Origin: Nitrososphaerota archaeon
GTDB taxonomy: Archaea > Thermoproteota > Nitrososphaeria > Nitrososphaerales > JAAOZN01
Reading direction: 5' to 3'
DNA: 59,932 nucleotides
Assembly (NCBI GenBank): GCA_011605775.1
Contig: JAAOZN010000008.1
Span: forward strand, 1-59,932
The translations under genes and the position numbers were made by a program. Shown piece after piece: positions 46,105 through 54,692 of the stretch. The stretch's first letter is position 1, and each line of letters starts with the position of its first letter. The notes under the pieces are model-generated. The model was not told the origin of the DNA, ran no database searches, and saw only the letters and a program-made list of their open reading frames with translations.

Positions 46105-47010
46105 CTATCTCTTTAATTTCATACGTAAATATCCCCATAAACCAACTGGGCAAAGTAGCAAAAAGGCGGCTGTGATTACTCCTTGTAATAGAAGGCTAAG
46201 TCCAACATATTCAGAAAGTAAGTAGGTGAGAGCTACATATACGATACTTCCAAAAAGTGGACCTATCGTTGTGCCTACACCGCCGATTATAGAAACGAAG
46301 ACCGAACCTGTTGTCCAATTTATATTAAAGAATGTCACTGGCTCGACGTACGGATGAAAAATCGCGTAGAGGGCGCCTGCAAAGCTCGCAACCGAAGATG
46401 CTAGAGTAAACAAGATGCTTCTACATACGAATGGATTTACTCCAAGTCCTGAGGCAGCTTCCTCCTCATTTCCTAACGCTCTTAATCCAAACCCTAGTTT
46501 TGAGCGGTAGATAAAGGACGTTAGAAAGATTGAGTAGAATGCCAACACTACGGTAGCATAATATAGTGCTTGCAAGGAAATGCCATATACGTTTCTAAAA
46601 ATCAGACCCATTCCGCCACCTACATAGTCCCATCCGATGAAGAGAAGTTTTACTATTTCTGCTGTAACTAGTGTGCCTATGGCAAAGTAGAAACCACGTA
46701 GCCTTAAAAGGGGGAATGAAAGCAAGCCCGCGAGCAACATACCAACAAAACCCGCAACTATCACACTTAACCATAGAGGCACATCGTAATACATCGTCAA
46801 TACAGCTGTTGTATAACCTGCCACACCAACAAATATCTGCTGTCCTAAAGATACCAGCCACGCATGTTTAGCCATAAACCCCCAAGTTACGCTAATAGAA
46901 AAGAATAGCAAAGTCAATATCGCTGCGTTAACGAAGAAGCGTCCTGCAAAGTAAGGTAATAGAATAAGAAAAACAACTAAGATACCACCGAGAAAGTAGA
47001 TGCGCTTCAT
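46105..47010 (-). CDS. ABC transporter permease, LivM-like
   Basis: 301-aa polytopic protein of the branched-chain-type permease family. Its start overlaps the livH-like stop by 4 nt. Confidence 0.75.
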   Translation of the reverse strand: MKRIYFLGGILVVFLILLPYFAGRFFVNAAILTLLFFSISVTWGFMAKHAWLVSLGQQIFVGVAGYTTAVLTMYYDVPLWLSVIVAGFVGMLLAGLLSFPLLRLRGFYFAIGTLVTAEIVKLLFIGWDYVGGGMGLIFRNVYGISLQALYYATVVLAFYSIFLTSFIYRSKLGFGLRALGNEEEAASGLGVNPFVCRSILFTLASSVASFAGALYAIFHPYVEPVTFFNINWTTGSVFVSIIGGVGTTIGPLFGSIVYVALTYLLSEYVGLSLLLQGVITAAFLLLCPVGLWGYLRMKLKR

Positions 47011-47876
47011 ATTTTACCACCAAAGATCCCTCTTGGCCTTATAATAAGAACAATGAGGATAATCAAATAACAGAAGACAAGCTGAAAACGCGAACCAAAA
47101 AATAGCCCGCCAAAACTCATCGCCAAGCCAAAAATAAGCCCGCCTACAAAGGTTCCCCTTATACTCCCCCACCCACCTAAAACAAGTATGCCAAATGAAA
47201 GCAATAGATATGTTGGACCACTATCTGGGAAAAAGACAAACGCCATACCAAGTAAGACCCCTGCTATCGCAAGTGAGAGGTAAGCAAGACCTGCGGCGAT
47301 ACAATAAATGTCTTCAGACTTTATCCCTAACATTTTGGCACCTTCTATATCCGCGGGAACCGCGCGGATAACCTTCCCGATATAAGTTTTCTTAAGAAAA
47401 ACGTAAAGTATTATAAATGCCGCAAAGGAAAAAGCAAAACCTATCAAAAAACGAGGAGGTGGGGTCAATCCAAAGAAATCTATATTAGTGAGCAGATAGG
47501 GTGTGATTAGGCTTCTCGCATCCGCGGTGAATAGCAGAAGCATTAAATTTTGGAGTATTATGCTTAGAGAAAAGGTCATGAGTGCTGTAAAATAAAATCT
47601 TTCGAAAATTAGCTTGTTTACGAGAAATTTTTGTATAAAATATCCAAGAACATACAGCAAAGGTGCAACAACTACCAAAGATAAAAGAGGATCAACCTTT
47701 AAAAAGTTTGAGACAATTAACGCTAGGTACGCTGCAAAGACAGCGACATCACCATGAGCCAGGTTAATAACTCTCATTATACCCGCAATAATTGACATAC
47801 CCAATGCAGTTAAAGCAAATACTCCACCTAACAATAAACCGTTTAGCGCATAATTCAAAATCGGAAGTACTTCCAA
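47007..47876 (-). CDS. ABC transporter permease, LivH-like
   Basis: 289-aa polytopic protein with INLAHGD near the N-terminus, typical of LivH-type permeases. Confidence 0.75.
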   Translation of the reverse strand: MEVLPILNYALNGLLLGGVFALTALGMSIIAGIMRVINLAHGDVAVFAAYLALIVSNFLKVDPLLSLVVVAPLLYVLGYFIQKFLVNKLIFERFYFTALMTFSLSIILQNLMLLLFTADARSLITPYLLTNIDFFGLTPPPRFLIGFAFSFAAFIILYVFLKKTYIGKVIRAVPADIEGAKMLGIKSEDIYCIAAGLAYLSLAIAGVLLGMAFVFFPDSGPTYLLLSFGILVLGGWGSIRGTFVGGLIFGLAMSFGGLFFGSRFQLVFCYLIILIVLIIRPRGIFGGKI

Positions 47877-48051
47877 TTATACCCCCTTCTTACACTTCTC
47901 TTCAATATTGATATTTTAATTTTTTGATCGTAATCTCCCTTTTAATGAGGTCAGACCCATACCCTTTATCTTGCCCCCTTCTATATGCAAAACTATGATC
48001 GGTTTCTTTTGAATCCCCTTATCCATGCTAACAACAAAAATGCAAGCCGAC

Positions 48052-49029
48052 TTAGAGTTTAAGTAATTTTTCCGCGTTTCTGCCTAGAATATTTTCTTTC
48101 TCAGACTGAGGTATTAGCATAGCCTCTATCCCTCTTATGTTTTCGCCTATGAACTCCTCAGGCGGTCCAAAAGGATAATCTGATCCGAAGAGCATCCTCT
48201 CCGGACCAAAGAAAGCATAACCGCACATAAGACTAGCAACCGAATCACCATTTAAAGCGGTATCCCCATATATCTGCTTGAAGTAACTTTCAACCGACTC
48301 GCCTAAAATTTTCTGCAGATTTTGAGCTACCACACCAATGGTTACTCTCCGAACAAAGTAGGGAAACATCCCTCCTAGGTGATGAGTAACTATCTTTAAA
48401 GTTGGAAACTTTTTTAGAGTGCCGCTACATATCAATCGCCACACGGCTTGTGTGGTATCAAAAGGCCAGCCAAAGATCTGTAAACACTTCCAACCATATT
48501 CCATATCAACTAAAGGATAGCTCTCCCAATGGGTTGGATGAAGAAAAACTGGTACATCGTATTTAGCAATCTTCTCGTAGAAGGGATGATATTCTGCAGA
48601 GTCTATGCCTTTGCCATATTGATTTGTAGCTATTGTCACACATCTAAACCCCAGTTCCCTTATCGCTCTATCTACCTCATCCAGCGCGCTTTCGACATCA
48701 AATAGCGGTATTAACGCGCAGCCAACAAATTTCTCAGGATACTTGTTAGTAAGCTTAGCGATATAATCGTTCGATAATTTGCATATTCTAATAGCTTCCT
48801 TTGGTTCCTTTTCAAAACCTAGCAATATAGGCGAGGTCGGGCTCAATACTTGCATATCAATCTTAAAACGCTCCATTACCTTAAGTCGATAGTGGGGATC
48901 AGAATTCTCTGGCGGGTAAGGGAATTGCCATTTTGACCCATCTTGATCGAGCGGGCCGTAATAACTTTTTTTCATTAAAATTTTTCCGACATCCGGAGGG
49001 ATAATATGTGAAGAAAAATCAATTATCAT
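48052..49029 (-). CDS. Amidohydrolase_2 (ACMSD-family) protein, second paralogue
   Basis: IIDFSSHIIP, KIDMQVLSP, EKFVGCALIP, VFLHP, FDTTQAVWRLICSGTLKKFPTLKIVTHHLGG and GSDYPF follow the same layout as 43428..44450 but are clearly diverged. Confidence 0.7.
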   Translation of the reverse strand: MIIDFSSHIIPPDVGKILMKKSYYGPLDQDGSKWQFPYPPENSDPHYRLKVMERFKIDMQVLSPTSPILLGFEKEPKEAIRICKLSNDYIAKLTNKYPEKFVGCALIPLFDVESALDEVDRAIRELGFRCVTIATNQYGKGIDSAEYHPFYEKIAKYDVPVFLHPTHWESYPLVDMEYGWKCLQIFGWPFDTTQAVWRLICSGTLKKFPTLKIVTHHLGGMFPYFVRRVTIGVVAQNLQKILGESVESYFKQIYGDTALNGDSVASLMCGYAFFGPERMLFGSDYPFGPPEEFIGENIRGIEAMLIPQSEKENILGRNAEKLLKL

Positions 49030-49146
49030 ACATATTACACCTAACCTCTTATCGTCGGTTTATACCTTATAAACTTAACGCTTAGCATATCCTAGGGGCA
49101 AGAGATATGGAGTGGGGGCTCCCGTAATACACAATATAGTGCAAGT

Positions 49147-50835
49147 TTAGCTTATGCTTGTTTTTCTTTTTCGCCACTCGAATTCTGTTTTGTCCTCAAC
49201 CTTTCTTACAGTTAGTAGGAGGTTGTTGTAAAGTGGGTTGGTCCAGGGGCAGTCTAGTCTGATGTGTGGTGGTCTGGTTTCATCCCTCTGAAGAATCGCT
49301 AGCGCTATCACCTCACCTACCTCCAGTAAGTCAAAGACTTCTAATGTCCTCATCAGCTCGTGAGAGTTCTCGACTTTAAGACTATTGCAAGCTTTCCTTT
49401 TCAAAATCGCCAAATATTTCAGAGCCGCTTTAACTAATGTTGCGGAACGAATTCTAATACCGACGTAATCATTCATGATTTGTTGAAGTGCTAAGTTAAA
49501 CTCCTTCCAGCTCGCTCCCCTACTTCTGTTCAGCAGAGTTGAACAGAACTCCTTCCTCTCTTTTATTAAAGGACTTTCTTCAACATTTTCAAATAATGAT
49601 ATCCTTTTAGCGTTTTGAGCTGCACTGCCACCTGCTATCCACCCAAAAACTGCAGCCCCAGCTATGTCTGCTCTAAAATTCCCTACAAGATCTCCTGCTG
49701 CATAGAGTCCTTCTAGGCTTGTCTCCCCTCTTACGTTAATTTCTACTCCTCTTCCGATGAGCATAGGTTCGTATCTAGTAAACTCGTAGCGGTATCGCTT
49801 GAAATCTATCCCTTCGTCTTTAAGATAATCAAGGAGTGCTGTATTGCCTTCGTTCTTTAACCCCCATATCATATACTCTAAATCTTCTTCGCTTGTTTCA
49901 CTGCAATCCATGTAAACGGGGCTTTTGCCGGATTGCATCATGTAGTTGAACACATCGTGCCATATGTCTGCAGCGATGTCTCCAAGTTCTTTGGTAGGTT
50001 TGGTAACCCAGGGGCTGATTCGATTACCAAAGAGGTCTGTTAATACGCCTATCCAAGTAGCTTTACCACACCTCTCCAAATATTTTGGACCCGCGTGCGT
50101 ATATGGGACCTCCATGTTGACCAGCTTAGCACCACTTCTATACGCCATGGCTATACCTGCGCCAGTGTTACTTGGGCACCAAGCGGTGTTGAAGGGCCAG
50201 CCTGGTGTGATAGAAGGATATAATCTGGTCGTAGAGCCTGTGCATAAAACCACGCTCTTCGCCCTAAATATCTTCATCACGGGGTCGTCTTTTGAGACAT
50301 CTAAGCCGATCGCCCCGATAACTCTCCAATTTTTAGTGATTAAATCTATAATCGGTGTTTTACTTAGAATATGAACCCCTTTTTCCCTCGCAACCTTAAC
50401 TAGTGTTGGTTTTTGTTCGGCTCCCGCATACTTTAGGAAGATGCGTGGTCTCTTTGGGAGTGCGTGGCCTGTGAACTCCCAGTAACCGTGTGGTCTCATG
50501 GGGATACCATACGATTCCCACTTCTGAACTATCTCAAAGGAGTTCCTATAAAATGTATAAACTAGATCTACATCGTACCACCATCCTCCTGTTAGAGATG
50601 TTAGATGTTCCTCGATTATTGGTTCTATGTCTTCACCGTGCACTTCGGGTATGTAACACTGGAAGTGATCGTTGCCTGTCGCTCCTGCTCCGCTGCGCAG
50701 AGGGTTCGCTTTGTCCGCTATCACCGTTTTCGCACCTAGTTCCGCAGCCCTTATTCCGGCCATTAGCCCCGCAATTCCGCCACCTACAACCAAGACATCT
50801 GCCTCGATCGGTGTAAGATCCAGTTCTACACCCAA
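49147..50835 (-). CDS. FAD-dependent oxidoreductase of the SdhA/FrdA/AprA superfamily, AprA-like
   Basis: The N-terminal dinucleotide fold is DVLVVGGGIAGLMAG. The central VVLCTGSTTRLYPS...NTAWCPSNTGAGIAMAYRSGAKLVNME and the C-terminal ELMRTLEVFDLLEVGEVIALAILQRDETRPPHIR parallel blocks I recall from adenylylsulfate reductase alpha subunits. Confidence 0.65.
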   Translation of the reverse strand: MGVELDLTPIEADVLVVGGGIAGLMAGIRAAELGAKTVIADKANPLRSGAGATGNDHFQCYIPEVHGEDIEPIIEEHLTSLTGGWWYDVDLVYTFYRNSFEIVQKWESYGIPMRPHGYWEFTGHALPKRPRIFLKYAGAEQKPTLVKVAREKGVHILSKTPIIDLITKNWRVIGAIGLDVSKDDPVMKIFRAKSVVLCTGSTTRLYPSITPGWPFNTAWCPSNTGAGIAMAYRSGAKLVNMEVPYTHAGPKYLERCGKATWIGVLTDLFGNRISPWVTKPTKELGDIAADIWHDVFNYMMQSGKSPVYMDCSETSEEDLEYMIWGLKNEGNTALLDYLKDEGIDFKRYRYEFTRYEPMLIGRGVEINVRGETSLEGLYAAGDLVGNFRADIAGAAVFGWIAGGSAAQNAKRISLFENVEESPLIKERKEFCSTLLNRSRGASWKEFNLALQQIMNDYVGIRIRSATLVKAALKYLAILKRKACNSLKVENSHELMRTLEVFDLLEVGEVIALAILQRDETRPPHIRLDCPWTNPLYNNLLLTVRKVEDKTEFEWRKRKTSIS

Positions 50836-50838
50836 GAT

Positions 50839-51063
50839 CTATTCCTCCTTCTTAGCCTCAACATAAAGCAGCATAAGCGGTAGGGGGAAACGCAGCTCTA
50901 TGGCACCCATTGGACAATCCAGCTTACACGCATTACAATGCCAACATTCCTCAGGGTACGCAACTTCTGGAAAGCCATCCTTTATTCTTATAACATCAAG
51001 AGGACAGATTTCAGCACAGGTAGCACAACCATTACATTTTTCCAAATCAATAACTGGTGGCAT
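50839..51063 (-). CDS. 2x[4Fe-4S] ferredoxin, AprB-N-terminal-domain-like
   Basis: CNGCATCAEICP and CWHCNACKLDCP cluster motifs. It lies 3 nt upstream of the flavoprotein gene. The ATG at 51063 is preferred (the TTG at 51081 is possible) and lies about 27 nt from a TATA-like AAACTATATTTAAAAGC. Confidence 0.75.
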   Translation of the reverse strand: MPPVIDLEKCNGCATCAEICPLDVIRIKDGFPEVAYPEECWHCNACKLDCPMGAIELRFPLPLMLLYVEAKKEE

Positions 51064-51276
51064 CGTCTTTGTGTTGATCAAAACTATATTTAAAAGCTTA
51101 CCGCTCCAACCTAAGACACAATTAACACACTCTCTTAAGATGATTATTCACCTCTGCCTAAACAGCCTCACCAGAGAAACAAGAAACTTCTGGAACAAAT
51201 CGAGGGCGCTTTAACAATAATGAGTAGTTTTCCGTAAGGTTTATGTGTTGGTTTTGTTGGCGGTGTTGCAGAGAGT

Positions 51277-51726
51277 TTGGCGAGGATACATTCGCATAGA
51301 AGAGGTAAGTCGCATTCAACTAGGCCGACTTCGAAGAGGGCTCCTAGCTGGGTTACTCATAGCCCTGAGGAGGTTGAGGCTTTGATTGTGAAGTTGGCTA
51401 AAAGCGGTTTAAAGCCTTCTGAGATCGGTGTTAGGCTTAGGGATGAGTATGGTATACCTCTTGTTAAACCTATTTTAGGGAAATCGGTAACTGATGTGTT
51501 GAGGGAGAATAATCTGCTAGGCGATCTCCCGGAGGATCTGGAGCGTTTGCTTGCGCGGGCTAAGCGGCTTCAGGAGCATCTTGCGGTTCACAGAAGTGAT
51601 AGGAAGAATGTGCGTTCGCTTGAGTTGCTTGAGGCTAAGATACATAGGCTCTCGAAGTACTATAAGAGGATTGGGCGTCTTCCTCAAGATTGGAAGTATT
51701 CTGCTGTAGTGGCTCAGTTGGCGTGA
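51277..51726 (+). CDS. rps15: 30S ribosomal protein uS15 (S13e type)
   Basis: HSHRRGKSHSTRP, GLKPSEIGVRLRDEYGIP and a C-terminal S15 helical domain. Confidence 0.9.
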   Translation: MARIHSHRRGKSHSTRPTSKRAPSWVTHSPEEVEALIVKLAKSGLKPSEIGVRLRDEYGIPLVKPILGKSVTDVLRENNLLGDLPEDLERLLARAKRLQEHLAVHRSDRKNVRSLELLEAKIHRLSKYYKRIGRLPQDWKYSAVVAQLA

Positions 51727-51739
51727 AGATAGGTGAAAG

Positions 51740-53131
51740 TTGGGTAATCTAGAGGCTCTGAAGGCAAAGGCTTCCCTCATCGCTGAAAAGATCGTAGAGG
51801 CGGCTGAAAGTAGGAAGCGGATACTTATCGTAGGCCATATAGATGCTGACGGCATATCTTCTGCAAGCCTTATAGCAAGAGCACTAAGGTGCCTAGAAGC
51901 ATCTTATAACATACGTATCCTAAACGACCTCACAACCACAGCGCTGGAGGAGTTGAGGTGTGAAGACTACGACCTCTACGTTCTTTGTGAATTAGGTGGG
52001 GGAATGCTCAAGGTGTTAGAAAACTATTTGGGTTCACGGTGGGTTCTTATAGACCACCACCAAGTTCCGGAGGATGAGCTCGCACACCCTTCTATTCTTA
52101 ACGCTTGGTGCTACGGGTTTGATGGTGGTGTAGAAGCCTGCGCCTCAACCCTGGCCTACTTTGTTTCATCAGCCATTGACCACAGCTTGAGGGGCTTCAG
52201 CTGGCTTCCGGTAGTTGCTGCTTTGGCTGATAAACAGGACCAAGGTGAGCGAAGATCGTTAGTAGGTGCCAATAAGGTCGTTTTAGAGGCAGCGAAGGAT
52301 GCTGGTCTAGTGAGTGAGAGTATAGACCTCCTCTTCTATGGTCGTGAAACCAGAGCCGTGCATGAGGCGCTAGCCGCTACCACAACACCCTACATTCAAG
52401 GTCTGAGTGGTAACCGTGAAGCCTGCCTCACAGCGTTAAGTGCTGCTGGTATCAAGCTGAGGAGCGACGATCACTGGCGTACCTTATCGGAGCTTACAAA
52501 GGAGGAGAAGCAGAAGATTGTAGATATTCTACTCCCCTATATTGGTGGTAGAGGCGTAGATGAGCTGATAGGCTATGTTTATACTCTTCTTAAAGAAGAT
52601 GAATTCTCACCTCTTAGGGATGCTAGGGAATTCGGCACGGTGTTAAATGCTTGCGGTAGGATGGGTAAGAGCGGGCTTGGAGTGGGTTTATGCTTAGGTG
52701 ACAGAGGCTACTCTTTGACTGAAGCGGAGAAGGTGCTTGCTGAGTATAGGCAGATTATAAACAGGGCTGTGAAGATGTTCACAGAAGATGAGACGAGGGT
52801 AATGAAGCATCAGCTCTTTAATCTCATCGTTGCTGATGATTTGATTAATGCGGAGATGCTCGGCTCAATCTCCTCTATACTCTCCACAATACCCAAGTTC
52901 TCAGATAAACCCCTCTTCTTAACCACGAAGACCAAAGAAGGGGGGCTAAGGATCTCAGCCAGATTAGGCGCCGCGTACAAGGGAGAAGTCAACATCGGGC
53001 TTACCCTCAGAAAAGTGGCTGAGAGGGTTAACGGGCAAGGTGGTGGGCATAAGGCTGCTGGCGGTGCAACTCTAACCTACATGGAGCCCGCAAAACTAAT
53101 GAGTTTGATTCAAGAAGTGCTAGGCGCTTGA
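51740..53131 (+). CDS. DHH/DHHA1 phosphoesterase, archaeal RecJ/GAN (Cdc45-like) nuclease
   Basis: ILIVGHIDADGISSASL (DHH motifs I-II), LIDHH, and DHHA1 GGGHKAAGGA near the C-terminus. It is linked to the S15 gene, as in many archaea. Confidence 0.75.
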   Translation: MGNLEALKAKASLIAEKIVEAAESRKRILIVGHIDADGISSASLIARALRCLEASYNIRILNDLTTTALEELRCEDYDLYVLCELGGGMLKVLENYLGSRWVLIDHHQVPEDELAHPSILNAWCYGFDGGVEACASTLAYFVSSAIDHSLRGFSWLPVVAALADKQDQGERRSLVGANKVVLEAAKDAGLVSESIDLLFYGRETRAVHEALAATTTPYIQGLSGNREACLTALSAAGIKLRSDDHWRTLSELTKEEKQKIVDILLPYIGGRGVDELIGYVYTLLKEDEFSPLRDAREFGTVLNACGRMGKSGLGVGLCLGDRGYSLTEAEKVLAEYRQIINRAVKMFTEDETRVMKHQLFNLIVADDLINAEMLGSISSILSTIPKFSDKPLFLTTKTKEGGLRISARLGAAYKGEVNIGLTLRKVAERVNGQGGGHKAAGGATLTYMEPAKLMSLIQEVLGA

Positions 53132-53382
53132 AATCTAAGATAACCTTGGAGTTAACCAGCGATGATCAGAGGCTGATTAAGGCTTTGTATGTGGCGCTCT
53201 ATCCTGATAATGTTAACTTGCCTGAAGGTCTTCATATTAGGATGGAGCGTGTAGGCGGTAGTTTACTGTTAGAAGTTGAGTCTGAGTTTAGGTTTGAAAC
53301 CTTAATATCGACCGTTGAGGAGATGCTTGAGGATATGCAGTCCGCGTTGGCTTCGTTGAATGTGGTGAAGGCTGATGCTTGA
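53128..53382 (+). CDS. pcc1: KEOPS subunit Pcc1-like protein
   Basis: 84 aa. The alternating beta/alpha pattern (ITLELTSDDQRLIKALYVALYPDN...LLLEVESEFRFETLISTVEEMLEDMQ) resembles the Pcc1/CTAG family. It overlaps both neighbours. Confidence 0.5.
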   Translation: MKSKITLELTSDDQRLIKALYVALYPDNVNLPEGLHIRMERVGGSLLLEVESEFRFETLISTVEEMLEDMQSALASLNVVKADA

Positions 53383-54670
53383 CCTTAAGCTGGTAAGAGA
53401 GCGCCCAGATATAATAAGGGATATGCTCGCTAAAAGAGGCGTATCTTTCCCACTCGACGACCTCCTAGCAAAAGACGCTAAAAGAAGACAGATGCTGACG
53501 GAGGTTCAGAAGCTCAAACACCTAAGAAACTTACTCTCCTTGGAGATAGCGCAAGCAAAGAGAGAGGGTAGAGATGTGTCGGAAAAGATGCTTGCAGTTA
53601 AAGAGTTGTCAGAAAGGATAGATCGACTTGATGCTGAGGCAGATGCGCTTGATCGAGAAGTGAGCAACCTACTAAAGGCGCTGCCCAATCTCGTGCACGA
53701 GTCCGTACCAATTGGGAGAGACGAATCAGATAATGTAGTACTCAGAAGTTGGGGTGAACCTAAACCCTTCCAAATCCCGCCTAGAGACCATATAGCCCTA
53801 GGACTCTCGCTTGATGTCATTGACCTAGATAGGGCTGCTAAAGTAGCTGGCTCAAGGTTCTACTACTTAAAGGATAACTTGGTCAGATTAAACTACGCGC
53901 TAATATCTTATGCACTCGACTTCTTAAAGCAGAAGGGGTTTACGCTTCTTCAGCCCCCCTACATGTTGAAGAGGGAGGCGATAGAAGGCACGATCATAAT
54001 TTCAGACTTTGAGGATGTGATCTACAAGATCGAGGGCGAAGATCTATACCTTATCGGGACTGCTGAGCACGCTATAGCAGCTATGCACATGGATGAAATA
54101 CTTGATGGATTACTGTTACCGTTGAGATATGGTGGGATAAGCCCTTGCTTTAGGAAGGAAGCCGGGGCTCATGGGCGTGATACTAAGGGGATATTTAGGG
54201 TTCATCAATTTGAGAAGGTTGAGCAGTTTGTCTTTTGTAAGCCTGAAGATTCGTGGAGGGAGCACGAGATGCTCATACGCAACGCTGAAGAATTCTTCCA
54301 ATCGCTAGAGATACCATATAGAGTGGTTCTCCTCTGCTCTGGCGATTTAGGCAAGACTTCAGCCAAAACCTATGATCTGGAAGCTTGGTTCCCTGCTCAA
54401 AACACCTATAGAGAGGTGGTCTCCTGCAGCAATTGTCTAGATTATCAAGCACGCAGGTTGAGGATAAAGTATAGGGATAAGCCTAACGAGGAGTCGAGGT
54501 TTGTTCACACCCTTAATAGTACGCTCGTTGCGACAGAAAGAGCGCTTATAGCGATTATGGAGAATCACCAGAACGAGGACAGCTCGATAAACATACCGAA
54601 GGTCCTTAGACCATACTTTGGTGATGAGAGGCTGGTGTTGCAGAATAGAGTAGGGCTTAAATCTATGTAG
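53375..54670 (+). CDS. serS: Seryl-tRNA synthetase
   Basis: The N-terminal coiled coil (MLDLKLVRERPD...) is followed by class II motifs (FRKEAGAHGRDTKGIFRVHQFEKVE and TLNSTLVATERALIAIMEN). Confidence 0.9.
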   Translation: MLDLKLVRERPDIIRDMLAKRGVSFPLDDLLAKDAKRRQMLTEVQKLKHLRNLLSLEIAQAKREGRDVSEKMLAVKELSERIDRLDAEADALDREVSNLLKALPNLVHESVPIGRDESDNVVLRSWGEPKPFQIPPRDHIALGLSLDVIDLDRAAKVAGSRFYYLKDNLVRLNYALISYALDFLKQKGFTLLQPPYMLKREAIEGTIIISDFEDVIYKIEGEDLYLIGTAEHAIAAMHMDEILDGLLLPLRYGGISPCFRKEAGAHGRDTKGIFRVHQFEKVEQFVFCKPEDSWREHEMLIRNAEEFFQSLEIPYRVVLLCSGDLGKTSAKTYDLEAWFPAQNTYREVVSCSNCLDYQARRLRIKYRDKPNEESRFVHTLNSTLVATERALIAIMENHQNEDSSINIPKVLRPYFGDERLVLQNRVGLKSM

Positions 54671-54692
54671 ATCGTGGGCTTGGCTGTTAAAT

